Of a stretch of DNA of 64,000 nucleotides, positions 37,580-46,560 are shown in pieces. The notes below the pieces were generated by a model. That model saw only the letters and a list, made by a program, of their open reading frames with translations, was not told the DNA's origin and searched no databases. Source of the stretch: Candidatus Nomurabacteria bacterium (lineage in GTDB: Bacteria; Patescibacteriota; Minisyncoccia; Phycocordibacterales; UBA9973). Within the stretch, counting starts at the first letter, position 1. Each line of letters opens with the position of its first letter. The stretch spans positions 255 through 64,254 of the forward strand of contig JANYAX010000012.1 in NCBI GenBank assembly GCA_025361085.1. The letters are read 5' to 3'. Both the position numbers and the translations under genes were made by a program.

Positions 37580-38266
37580 TTATTTTATAACCGTTCCGAT
37601 AAAATCATCGCCATCTAGATATTTTTTCAAATTCCCTATTTTATTACCATTCAAAATCACAACTTCACTCCCATTAGATTCTGCTTCAAGAGCGGCCATT
37701 TGATCGAAGGGAACATTTTCTCCGGGAATCCATTTATTTCCAAAAATGTTTTTATAACCATCCCAAGACATTTTGTAAATTGCTTTTGCATCAGAGAATA
37801 TCCTGGGGTCTTTGTCACAAACAAAATCAATATTAGTAAGATTTATTATTTTTGTCGCACCGATACTTTTGGCCCCGTGAACAGCAGCGAGATCACTACT
37901 ATTCCCCGGTTTCCAGCCACAACCTATGATTATCGGTTTATCTGTTTCGGGAATATTGTCAGGATCTAGTACCACTTTCTCATATGCTAAATCACCAAAA
38001 CAAATTCGAATAAACTCGGCATTCAATCGTGTAACTGCAATTCCCATCCAATCCAAATCTTCATGTGAAGGTTCAACAATTTGTTTTAACGAATCATTAT
38101 ATTTGCGACATATTTTACCACCTCCAGTGATAAGCAAAAAACTATAACCTTTAGAAATATATTCTTGAGTTAATTTTAAAAAAGAATTAACAAAATCAAC
38201 ATCTATCTCATCTGGAATGATGAGCGAACCACCAAGTGACATTACAATTTGCTTTTTTTTGTCCAT
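37580..38266 (-). CDS. Amino-acid-kinase family protein, most like archaeal-type UMP kinase (PyrH) or isopentenyl-phosphate kinase
   Basis: 228 aa. VMSLGGSLI Gly-rich loop, ITGGGKICRKY. Confidence 0.5.
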   Translation of the reverse strand: MDKKKQIVMSLGGSLIIPDEIDVDFVNSFLKLTQEYISKGYSFLLITGGGKICRKYNDSLKQIVEPSHEDLDWMGIAVTRLNAEFIRICFGDLAYEKVVLDPDNIPETDKPIIIGCGWKPGNSSDLAAVHGAKSIGATKIINLTNIDFVCDKDPRIFSDAKAIYKMSWDGYKNIFGNKWIPGENVPFDQMAALEAESNGSEVVILNGNKIGNLKKYLDGDDFIGTVIK

Positions 38267-38279
38267 ATATATATATTAA

Positions 38280-38873
38280 TTAAATTTTTAATTTTGAAAT
38301 GATATTTTTGTGAATTTCTTCAGGACTTGGTTCACCATCAACTTCAATATATTTTGATGCTCTATTATTTTTTACTTCTTCTATCATCGGAGCGACAAAT
38401 AAATCAAACTCATTCAAGCGACTTTCTATCGTACTTTCGCTGTCATCACCTCTTCCACGGGAAAGCATTCTTTGTCTGACACTTTCTCTTCCAACTTCTA
38501 CATTAATAATAGTGTAATCATCTCTCTTGGCGTATGAAAGTAACTCTTCTGCAATCTTCAATTGGTCTATGTTCCTTGGATATCCATCAAAAAATAAAAT
38601 GGAATCTTGATCTATTTCATTGATAACCTTATTCACAAATAAAGAATTTGTCAAAAAATCAGGTTGAAATTTGCCTTGTTTCATCGATAGATCTCGAGCA
38701 ATATTGAAAATGTATCCCTCTTTCTTGAACAATTCACGGAAAATTTCTCCCATAATAATTGATTTAATAGAGATATTGGGGTATTTATTTTGTATGTAAT
38801 TTTTAAGTAAATTTAACTGCGTTCCCTTACCTGAACCAGACCTTCCGATAAATATAAATGTTTGCGGTTTCAT
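38280..38873 (-). CDS. adk: Adenylate kinase
   Basis: P-loop IFIGRSGSGKGTQ, LID region. Follows secY as in the spc cluster. The ORF could extend to 38909, giving a hydrophobic N-terminal extension MKLFVIFAIIMI. Confidence 0.8.
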   Translation of the reverse strand: MKPQTFIFIGRSGSGKGTQLNLLKNYIQNKYPNISIKSIIMGEIFRELFKKEGYIFNIARDLSMKQGKFQPDFLTNSLFVNKVINEIDQDSILFFDGYPRNIDQLKIAEELLSYAKRDDYTIINVEVGRESVRQRMLSRGRGDDSESTIESRLNEFDLFVAPMIEEVKNNRASKYIEVDGEPSPEEIHKNIISKLKI

Positions 38874-38960
38874 GATCATTATTATAGCAAAAATCACAAA
38901 TAATTTCATTATTTGTGATTTTTGCTGATTTTAATTAGTCATTAGTAATCAATAATTATC

Positions 38961-40229
38961 TTAATACTCTCTCATCGACAACTGTGCCTCAACTTTCTTA
39001 ATCAAATCAAGAACGACAGAAACGACAATCAATAATGCTGTTCCTCCAATTGCGAATGCAGTTATACCTGTAACTGATTTTATGATAAGCGGAAGGACTG
39101 CAATAATTCCCAAGAAGACCGCTCCCATCATTGTCGTACGATTCAAGATTGTCGAAATATAATCTCTTGTTGATGGCCCTGGACGAATACCTGGAATGAA
39201 TGCTCCATTTTTCTGTAAATTGGTTGAAAGTTGTTCCGGATCGAAAGTAACGGCAGTGTAGAAGTAAGTAAACAAGAAAACAAAGATAAAATAGAAAAGA
39301 GAATAAATCCATGTATTTTGTACAAACCACAACATTGCATCAGAAATATGTTTCAAAACACCTGTACTACTTGCAAGTACTGTACCTATAAGTTGAGGGA
39401 ATAATAATATAGAAAGTGCAAAGATTATAGGGATAACTCCGGCTTGGTTCACTCGAATAGGAAGGTATGTTTGAGTTCCACCTGCTACGTGGTCACCACG
39501 AACTTGCTTAGCATAAGTCACAGGAACTGGTCGTTCTGCTTCTGTTACAACAACTACTCCAGCAATGATTAATAAACCAACTGCCAAGAATAAAATGTAA
39601 ACTGGAAGGTTCGCGATATTGAAAGTAAACATAAATTGTGAAATTTCTTGTGGAATTCTCGCAATGATACCAGCAAAAATGATAAGAGAAACTCCATTTC
39701 CAATACCGAATTCAGACATCAATTCACCGATCCACATGATAAGCATTGAACCAGCAACAACAACGGAGAGATTCGTAAACATTCCAAATAATGAAATATC
39801 AGTTACGATTCCTTGTTTCTTGAGCAAGACTAATAATGCTAGACCTTGAACGATTGCCAAAGGAATCGTTAGCATTCTACTAAATTGTGTAAATTTCTTA
39901 CGTCCGATTTCTCCATCTTCTTGATACATCGCTTTCAATCGTGGAGACATTATAGTCAAAAGCTGCATTATTATTGATGATGTGATGTATGGACCAACTC
40001 CTAGCATGATTATTGAAAGTTTTGACAATCCTCCTCCTGAGAATAGATTGAGTACACCAACGAATTGGTTGTTATTTATAAAAGTTTGAAGTTTGATAGC
40101 ATCTACACCTGGAACTGGAATTGCAGATAGAAGCCGAAACACAACGAGAGCTCCAAGCACGAACAAGACACGATTTCTCAATGTCTTATCTATAAATATA
40201 GCTTTTATTTTGTTCCAAACGATTTCCAT
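38961..40229 (-). CDS. secY: Preprotein translocase SecY
   Basis: 422 aa, 10 TM helices, SecY signature. Confidence 0.95.
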   Translation of the reverse strand: MEIVWNKIKAIFIDKTLRNRVLFVLGALVVFRLLSAIPVPGVDAIKLQTFINNNQFVGVLNLFSGGGLSKLSIIMLGVGPYITSSIIMQLLTIMSPRLKAMYQEDGEIGRKKFTQFSRMLTIPLAIVQGLALLVLLKKQGIVTDISLFGMFTNLSVVVAGSMLIMWIGELMSEFGIGNGVSLIIFAGIIARIPQEISQFMFTFNIANLPVYILFLAVGLLIIAGVVVVTEAERPVPVTYAKQVRGDHVAGGTQTYLPIRVNQAGVIPIIFALSILLFPQLIGTVLASSTGVLKHISDAMLWFVQNTWIYSLFYFIFVFLFTYFYTAVTFDPEQLSTNLQKNGAFIPGIRPGPSTRDYISTILNRTTMMGAVFLGIIAVLPLIIKSVTGITAFAIGGTALLIVVSVVLDLIKKVEAQLSMREY

Positions 40230-40356
40230 CCCATTAGAAGCAGGTCGCGGTCAGTTTTAAACTTATTCCAACCTGCATATATTAATTTAAATAATAACTT
40301 TTACCTATAATCCTGTGAATTACCGCGACCGCGGCTTCTAACGGGATCCATTCCGC

Positions 40357-40785
40357 TTATGCCACACTTCCACCAACTTTCTCTATTTTAGCACGTGCAC
40401 TTGCGGAAACCTTACAGCCAACAATAGAAAGTTTTTTACTTAATTCTCCTGTTCCAAGAATTTTAACTGCGGGGAAATTACCTCCAACACGACGAACCAA
40501 ACTCTTTTCGAATAGTGATGCTGGGTTTACAACTGCTCCAGATTCAAAAATATTTAATGCTGATACGTTTACTGGTGAGATTTTGATTGAAGCTGAATGA
40601 AAACGATACCCACGTAATTTTGGAATCTTCTTTATTATATCACGCATTTGTGGACGGCGCTTATTACCAGCACGAGCTGTCTGACCCTTGCCTCCACGTC
40701 CTGAAGTTTTACCACGTGTGCCACCACGTCCAACTTGCTTGGCTTTTTTATTTGGATTTTTTCTTTTTAATTCGTGTATTTGCAT
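40357..40785 (-). CDS. rplO: 50S ribosomal protein uL15
   Basis: Gly/Arg/Lys-rich N-terminus typical of L15. Confidence 0.9.
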   Translation of the reverse strand: MQIHELKRKNPNKKAKQVGRGGTRGKTSGRGGKGQTARAGNKRRPQMRDIIKKIPKLRGYRFHSASIKISPVNVSALNIFESGAVVNPASLFEKSLVRRVGGNFPAVKILGTGELSKKLSIVGCKVSASARAKIEKVGGSVA

Positions 40786-40797
40786 ATAATTTATTTA

Positions 40798-41418
40798 TTA
40801 TTTAACTTCTACCTTTGGAGTTTCTTCTGGAATAAATGCGCTCACTTTTACGGCTGATGTTTTTTCTTTGAGTATGTAAAGTGTCTTGTAAGCGGCACGA
40901 GCATTGTTCAATTTGTTTTTTGTTCCAGAGTGAAGTTTAGCTGTAACATTTTTGATACCAGCAAGAACTAACATATCGCGGACAGTACTTCCTGAAACCA
41001 ATCCTTTTCCTCTGTTTGGCATGATTGAAAGTTTTGCACTTCCAAATTTGGCAGAAACTTCATGGGGAATAGACATTTCTTTTGTTGTCTTTATCTTGAA
41101 CATATTTTTCTTTGCTTGGCGAAGAGCTTTCGCAATTGCAATAGCTGTGTCCCCACCCTTTCCTGTCCCAAGACCAACCGAACCCTTCTTATCACCTATC
41201 GCGATAGCAACTGCAAATGTCATACGACGTCCTCCTGCAACCACACGAGTAACGCGACGGATAGAAACCATCTTTTGGTCAAATTCTGGTTTGGGACGAT
41301 CAAAAGAAGGTCGTGATCTGCGATTGTCACCTCCTTCACGCTTAGCTCCATAAGTAGGTTTACTGAAACTTCGGTTATTGTTTGGTGTATTTGTTTTTGG
41401 TTTTGCTGTAGTATCCAT
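40798..41418 (-). CDS. rpsE: 30S ribosomal protein uS5 (N-terminal ~45-aa basic extension)
   Basis: dsRBD and S5 C-terminal domain. Confidence 0.9.
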   Translation of the reverse strand: MDTTAKPKTNTPNNNRSFSKPTYGAKREGGDNRRSRPSFDRPKPEFDQKMVSIRRVTRVVAGGRRMTFAVAIAIGDKKGSVGLGTGKGGDTAIAIAKALRQAKKNMFKIKTTKEMSIPHEVSAKFGSAKLSIMPNRGKGLVSGSTVRDMLVLAGIKNVTAKLHSGTKNKLNNARAAYKTLYILKEKTSAVKVSAFIPEETPKVEVK

Positions 41419-41430
41419 AATATTTATGTA

Positions 41431-41772
41431 TTAAAATTTAAGACCAGCGGCACGTGCTGCATCTGCAAGAGATTTTACGCGACCTGTATATTTGAAACCG
41501 TTACGATCAAAAACGCATGCTTTGATACCTTTCGCAATTGCAAGTTTTGCAACTTCAGTACCGACAGTCTTTGCACGATCTCCTTTTGTACCAATTTTGA
41601 CTTTTATATCTGAAAATGAAGCAAGAGTTGTTCTCTTTTCATCATCAATAACTTGAGCATAAATATAATTGTTCGAACGAAAAACAGAAAGGCGCGGAAT
41701 TTTTGCAGTTCCTTCTATCTTTGTGCGGATTTTCTTTTTCAATCTTATTCTTTTTTCTAATTTTTTATTCAT
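41431..41772 (-). CDS. rplR: 50S ribosomal protein uL18
   Basis: Typical L18. Confidence 0.9.
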   Translation of the reverse strand: MNKKLEKRIRLKKKIRTKIEGTAKIPRLSVFRSNNYIYAQVIDDEKRTTLASFSDIKVKIGTKGDRAKTVGTEVAKLAIAKGIKACVFDRNGFKYTGRVKSLADAARAAGLKF

Positions 41773-41775
41773 ACA

Positions 41776-42312
41776 TTATGCTGCTTTCTTACCCTGCTTA
41801 CGACGAACAACTTCATCAATATAATGGAACCCTTTTCCTTTGTAAGGTTCTGGTTTTTTCATCGTACGGATTGAAGCAGTGAATGAACCAACCAATTCTT
41901 TATCAATACCTGTAACTGTAATATTATTTTTCTCGGCTGTAACTGTGATTCCTGCTGGGATAGCAACTTTGACTGGATGAGAAAAACCGAGTGCGAGATT
42001 GAGTGTATTGCCAGCAACTTCTGATTTGAAACCAACTCCTTCGAGTACAAGCTTTTTGGAATATCCTTCGTTTACGCCGACAACCATATTTTTCACATGT
42101 GAAGCATATGTGCCCCAAAGTGCGTTTACACTTCTGTCGCCAGTCTTATTTGGAGTGAAAGTAATTTCATTGCCATCTATATGTAAAGTAACATCTCCAG
42201 GAAAATCGCGTGTAAGTGTCCCCTTTGGTCCTTTTACAGAAAAATTAATACCAGTAAGCTTTGCTTCTGTACCTGTTGGGATTATGACTGTTTGTTTTCC
42301 GATTCTACTCAT
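41776..42312 (-). CDS. rplF: 50S ribosomal protein uL6
   Basis: Two L6 repeats. Confidence 0.9.
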   Translation of the reverse strand: MSRIGKQTVIIPTGTEAKLTGINFSVKGPKGTLTRDFPGDVTLHIDGNEITFTPNKTGDRSVNALWGTYASHVKNMVVGVNEGYSKKLVLEGVGFKSEVAGNTLNLALGFSHPVKVAIPAGITVTAEKNNITVTGIDKELVGSFTASIRTMKKPEPYKGKGFHYIDEVVRRKQGKKAA

Positions 42313-42317
42313 ATATT

Positions 42318-42707
42318 TTAATATAATTTAAACAATACTTCTCCTCCGACCATTTCTTTTTTTGCTTGTCTGTCAGTTAAAATGCCTTTTGGTGTAGAAA
42401 GTAATGTGAGACCAAAGCCATTGCGTGCTAGTCGAATTTCTTTCACACCTTTGTATACTCGGCATGATGATTTTGAAACTCTCTCTGCCCCTGTTATTTT
42501 TGGAGCACCGTCTTCTGTATAGGCCACTGTCAATTCCATAACAGGAAAACCCTTTTTTGTCTTTTTTGTAACAGCCTTAAGATACCCTTCTTTGACTAGG
42601 CATTCTGCGATTGCGAATTTGATTTTTGAATGAGGAACAACGACAACCTCATGCTCGGCACGGCCTGCGTTTTTCACCATATTTATCATGTTTGCGATTT
42701 GATCCAT
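42318..42707 (-). CDS. rpsH: 30S ribosomal protein uS8
   Basis: Conserved S8 N-terminus MDQIANMINMVKNAG starts at 42707. The longer ORF to 42764 adds 19 non-conserved residues. Confidence 0.85.
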   Translation of the reverse strand: MDQIANMINMVKNAGRAEHEVVVVPHSKIKFAIAECLVKEGYLKAVTKKTKKGFPVMELTVAYTEDGAPKITGAERVSKSSCRVYKGVKEIRLARNGFGLTLLSTPKGILTDRQAKKEMVGGEVLFKLY

Positions 42708-42726
42708 AATATAATTTTGTGCGTTA

Positions 42727-42759
42727 GGTTTTGCCTTTATTGAGTCCGAGGCAATTCCT
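42727..42759 (-). promoter_or_regulatory. Conserved ~33-nt element, copy A (GGTTTTGCCTTTATTGAGTCCGAGGCAATTCCT), in the unusually long rpsN-rpsH intergenic region
   Basis: A near-identical copy is at 43161-43194 (copy B). Confidence 0.4.
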
Positions 42760-42773
42760 AGCACTCTTTTAAT

Positions 42774-42959
42774 TTACCAACTTGATTTGCGAACTCCTGG
42801 AAGCATACCTTCATTGGCAAGCTCGCGGAAACAAATACGACATAGCCCGAAATCTCTCATATAGGCATGTCCTCGTGAACAACGAAAACAACGATTTGTT
42901 TCTCGTGTACTAAATTTTGACTTCTTTAAATGTCTTGCTGTGACTGATGTTTTTGCCAT
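42774..42959 (-). CDS. rpsN: 30S ribosomal protein uS14, Zn-ribbon type (type Z)
   Basis: 61 aa with CxxC…CxxC. Confidence 0.9.
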   Translation of the reverse strand: MAKTSVTARHLKKSKFSTRETNRCFRCSRGHAYMRDFGLCRICFRELANEGMLPGVRKSSW

Positions 42960-43133
42960 AAATTAAGGAATGAAATGACTATAATTTATGAGCATCCCGA
43001 CGTAAGGAGGGAGCCTTAAATTAAGGAATGAAATGACTATAATTTATGAGCATCCCGACGTAAGGAGGGAGCCATAAATTAAGGAATGAAATGACTATAA
43101 TTTACGAGCATCCCGACGTAAGGAGGGAGCCAT
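42960..43133. repeat. Tandem direct repeat, 3 x 58 bp, beginning at the rpsN start codon
   Basis: Unit AATTAAGGAATGAAATGACTATAATTTATGAGCATCCCGACGTAAGGAGGGAGCCNT at 42961, 43019 and 43077 with 1-2 mismatches. Contiguous, with no spacers. Confidence 0.85.
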
Positions 43134-43144
43134 AAATAAAATTA

Positions 43145-43212
43145 GCGAGTTTTCGGGAAAGGTTTTGCCTCTAAATGATCCCGAGGCAATTCCTTGAGGA
43201 GAAAACTCTCGC
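43145..43212 (-). promoter_or_regulatory. Conserved element copy B enclosed by an outer stem (GCGAGTTTTC … GAAAACTCTCGC)
   Basis: Core GGTTTTGCCTCTAAATGATCCCGAGGCAATTCCT is about 85% identical to copy A. Confidence 0.4.
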
Positions 43213-43395
43213 AAGTAGATATCTCGTTATTTTTCTTCTTATCCCTTCCCTAATCTTTTCAAGACGGGCAAAGAAGGAGAACAACGGATCAAAACTCACG
43301 TGTCCCTATACTAGCAAATCAGGTTAATATTGTCAAATTATTGTACGCGTCCACCACATATACCCTTCCTCTGTAACCCCTTATTTTCCAACCTT

Positions 43396-43427
43396 CTCCA
43401 GATAGTGGCAAGGCCACTATCTGGAGA
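43396..43427. repeat. Palindromic element copy 2 (TCTCCAGATAGTGGC-aagg-CCACTATCTGGAGA), in inverted orientation relative to copy 1
   Basis: Core CAGATAGTGGC…GCCACTATCTG shared with 9880-9912. Immediately downstream of the membrane-protein gene stop. Confidence 0.7.
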
Positions 43428-43436
43428 GCATTATAA

Positions 43437-43928
43437 TTATAGGGGTTTTTGGTATTTTTTTATTTGGTGTTCTCGCCAGATGAGCCAGAGGATTATGATA
43501 TCCATGACAGTTAAGACTATCAGCAAAATCGAATGGCCTTTGAAAATATGGTAAATTTGATAAATAATCAGACCTCCCAACCCTACGAGCGAAGCCGGGT
43601 AAGCCCAAGCTTTTCTTAAATATAACCCTGTAATGATTGCAACTTTTATAATTCCATGACTTAAAAGATAGTAGACGATAAATAACTTCCCTGTCGATGT
43701 TATATGATTAGCATTATTCACCAAGAAATTAGCAATGAAATTGTTGGGCTCTTCAATGAGCTCACTATGAGTTATAGTAACAAGGAAATTTATTATTCTG
43801 TTGGTACTGACAAAATACAAAAATAAAGCAGATACAACTTCAAGCGATGCTTGGATGAACTTGAGTAGCAAGCTCACATTGTAAGCGATGTAAATATTCT
43901 TTTCTTCCTTCGCCTTGGTCATGTGCAT
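43437..43928 (-). CDS. Small polytopic membrane protein (DUF2127-like), inserted within the spc ribosomal operon
   Basis: 163 aa, 4-5 TM helices. Located between rplE and rpsN, where no gene is normally found. Confidence 0.5.
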   Translation of the reverse strand: MHMTKAKEEKNIYIAYNVSLLLKFIQASLEVVSALFLYFVSTNRIINFLVTITHSELIEEPNNFIANFLVNNANHITSTGKLFIVYYLLSHGIIKVAIITGLYLRKAWAYPASLVGLGGLIIYQIYHIFKGHSILLIVLTVMDIIILWLIWREHQIKKYQKPL

Positions 43929-43997
43929 AGTGACATTATAACATTACAACAAAAAATAGCTCGAGACGAGCTATTTTTTGTCTTAATTTTTATTTGT

Positions 43998-44537
43998 TTA
44001 ATTTTTGAATGGAATTCCGATAAGTTTGAAAAATTCGGTAGCTTCGGCTTTATTCTTGGCAGTTGAGACGATTGTTACAGCTGAACCGAAAACGTCTTTC
44101 AATTCTTCGTCACCTGTTTCAGGGAAGATTGTGTGTTCTTTGATACTCATTGTTAGATTCCCAATATCATCAACAATCTTTTTATCAATACCGCGGAAGT
44201 CTTTCGTTCGAGGGATTGCAACATTGATAAGTTTGTCCAAGAATCCATACATGCGTGCACCACGAAGTGTGACCATCACCCCGACAGGGTCGCCAATACG
44301 AATCTTGAAACTTGCGATTGATTTCTTTGCGCTCTTTGTGGCTGGTTTTTGACCTGTGATTTTCGAAAGACGATCGATAACTAGCTTATTGTGATCTTTA
44401 TTACGTTTTATTCCTGAACCAGTACCAGAAGCAACAACCACCTTTACAAGGCGAGGTGCTGCCATTACATTCTTATAACCAAATTGGGTTTTAAGCGTGG
44501 TATATATTTTTTTCTCTTTTTGTTTAACTGTTTCCAT
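43998..44537 (-). CDS. rplE: 50S ribosomal protein uL5
   Basis: Typical L5. Confidence 0.9.
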   Translation of the reverse strand: METVKQKEKKIYTTLKTQFGYKNVMAAPRLVKVVVASGTGSGIKRNKDHNKLVIDRLSKITGQKPATKSAKKSIASFKIRIGDPVGVMVTLRGARMYGFLDKLINVAIPRTKDFRGIDKKIVDDIGNLTMSIKEHTIFPETGDEELKDVFGSAVTIVSTAKNKAEATEFFKLIGIPFKN

Positions 44538-44562
44538 TTTATAATTGCTAAATTACCGATTA

Positions 44563-44781
44563 CTAATCTGTCTTTTTGACATTCGATACATTGATTGGCA
44601 TTGCCATTTCCAAAATCTGACTTGGATCACCTTTCTTTTTAGATTTGTGAGCTTTCTTTCTCATATTTACCCCCTCAACGACAACTTTGTTTAAAGCTGG
44701 AAGTGCTTTCAAAACTTTACCTTTCTTGCCTTTGTTGGCACCTGTTATAACTATTACATTGTCTCCTTTTTTGATTTTCAT
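44563..44781 (-). CDS. rplX: 50S ribosomal protein uL24
   Basis: KOW motif ([21 protein letters not shown]). Confidence 0.9.
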   Translation of the reverse strand: MKIKKGDNVIVITGANKGKKGKVLKALPALNKVVVEGVNMRKKAHKSKKKGDPSQILEMAMPINVSNVKKTD

Positions 44782-44785
44782 ATAT

Positions 44786-45157
44786 TTAAATAACTTCTTG
44801 AGCTAATGAAATAATCTTTTGGTATCCTCTTTCAGCAAGCTCTCTTGGGATAGGACCAAACACACGACCTCCTTTTGGATCAAGTTTATCTTTTTCAAGA
44901 ATAACAGCAGCATTGTCATCAAAACGAATATAAGAACCATCTTTTCGGCGATAGGCTTTCACTGTTCTTACAATAACAGCCTGACAAACATCTTTTTTCT
45001 TTATCATTTTTCTTGGGTCAGCGATTTTTATAGAGAGGATAACGCGATCACCAATACCTGCATAGCGTCTCTTCGAAGATCCAAGTATTTTGAAAACCTT
45101 TCCGACTTTACCGCCGGCGTTGTCTGTGATATTTACTATTGTTCCATCTTGAATCAT
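44786..45157 (-). CDS. rplN: 50S ribosomal protein uL14
   Basis: [17 protein letters not shown]…. Confidence 0.95.
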   Translation of the reverse strand: MIQDGTIVNITDNAGGKVGKVFKILGSSKRRYAGIGDRVILSIKIADPRKMIKKKDVCQAVIVRTVKAYRRKDGSYIRFDDNAAVILEKDKLDPKGGRVFGPIPRELAERGYQKIISLAQEVI

Positions 45158-45167
45158 ATAATTTTAA

Positions 45168-45413
45168 TTATGCTACTACTTTAAACTTCTTGTCTTTAGA
45201 AATTGGACGTGTTTCTTCGATTTCTACGACATCTCCGACTTTTTTACTATTGTTCTCGTCATGAGCTTTGTACTTCTTTGTCTTCTTTATTCTCTTACCA
45301 TACTTCTTGTGTTCAACAAAGCGTGTAACTTCTACAACAACTGTTTTACTCATTTTGTCGGAAGTGACTACTCCTTTTAAAATCTTATTTGTTTTTTTAA
45401 TTTGTTTTTCCAT
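45168..45413 (-). CDS. rpsQ: 30S ribosomal protein uS17
   Basis: Typical S17 OB fold. Confidence 0.9.
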   Translation of the reverse strand: MEKQIKKTNKILKGVVTSDKMSKTVVVEVTRFVEHKKYGKRIKKTKKYKAHDENNSKKVGDVVEIEETRPISKDKKFKVVA

Positions 45414-45418
45414 AATAA

Positions 45419-45835
45419 TTATCTCGCAACAACACGAGTAGTAACTGGCAATTTGGTTCCAGCTTTACGTAATGACTCTTTGGCCACTGCTTCAGGAACT
45501 CCATCGACTTCAAAAATAACTCTTCCTGGGCGAATATCTAAACAATATCCTTGTGGATCACCTTTACCTTTTCCCATTCCTACTTCTGCTGGCTTAGCAG
45601 TGAAAGGTCTGTCTGGAAAAATACGAATCCACATACGGCCAGTCTTACCAAGTGTTCTTGATGTGACCTTACGTGCTGATTCGATTTGGTTTGAGCGAAT
45701 ACGTCCACCACTGGTTGCTTTCAATCCATAAGAACCGAAAGAGACAGTTGTCCCTCGTGTATCAGGAGTAACCTTCGTCATATCAGTACGACCAGTTTGC
45801 CACTTTCTAAATTTTACTTTTTTGGGTGTTAACAT
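45419..45835 (-). CDS. rplP: 50S ribosomal protein uL16
   Basis: [16 protein letters not shown]…. Confidence 0.95.
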   Translation of the reverse strand: MLTPKKVKFRKWQTGRTDMTKVTPDTRGTTVSFGSYGLKATSGGRIRSNQIESARKVTSRTLGKTGRMWIRIFPDRPFTAKPAEVGMGKGKGDPQGYCLDIRPGRVIFEVDGVPEAVAKESLRKAGTKLPVTTRVVAR

Positions 45836-45840
45836 AAAAA

Positions 45841-46554
45841 TTATTTATATTGCTTATTATTTCTACTATCCCTGCTGTCTGTTCTGTTTGTATTTGTGGC
45901 TGGACCAGCAAAAACTTCCCCACGATATATCCAGACTTTTATACCGATATCTCCATAACTCATATGAGCTTTCTCACGAGCGAAATCAACATCGGCACGG
46001 AAAGTCTGAAGGGGAATAGAACCACGTTTAATTTGTTCACTTCGTGCGATTTCTGCTCCTGCTAGACGGCCTCCCAAGTAAATACGTGCTCCTTTAACTC
46101 CACGAGCAGACATTACCTTTTCGATTGCTTGCTTCATAACACGTCGGAAGGGAAGACGCTTCTCAAGCCCTTCAGCGATAGAACATGCAACGATAGCTGC
46201 ATCTGCATCAGGGTTTGTAACTTCTACAATATCAAATTTAAAATCTTCAGGGATAGCAATATCTTTCTTTTTCAAGGTTGCCACCATTTCACTTTTTAAT
46301 TTAGTTGCTCCTTCCCCAGAACGACCAATGATCATCCCAGGTCGTGAAGTGTAAACCATTATTTTTGTAGCTTTTGCATTACGTTCGATTTCGATACGAG
46401 AAACATAAAAACCGCGAAGCTTTTTTGCTAAAAATTCACGGATGATAACATCACTTTGTAAAAGAGTTTTGTATTTTTTGTCAGCAAACCAGCGTGATTT
46501 CCAATCACGGAGTGTTACTAATCTATGTGCGTATGGATGGACAACTTTTGACAT
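45841..46554 (-). CDS. rpsC: 30S ribosomal protein uS3
   Basis: KH domain plus S3 C-terminal domain. Confidence 0.95.
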   Translation of the reverse strand: MSKVVHPYAHRLVTLRDWKSRWFADKKYKTLLQSDVIIREFLAKKLRGFYVSRIEIERNAKATKIMVYTSRPGMIIGRSGEGATKLKSEMVATLKKKDIAIPEDFKFDIVEVTNPDADAAIVACSIAEGLEKRLPFRRVMKQAIEKVMSARGVKGARIYLGGRLAGAEIARSEQIKRGSIPLQTFRADVDFAREKAHMSYGDIGIKVWIYRGEVFAGPATNTNRTDSRDSRNNKQYK

Positions 46555-46560
46555 ATAGTT

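Noticed and set aside
42960-43133. 58-bp repeats considered as a possible CRISPR array
   Set aside because: The units are directly contiguous with no unique spacers. There are only three near-identical copies and no cas genes. It is a tandem duplication, not CRISPR.
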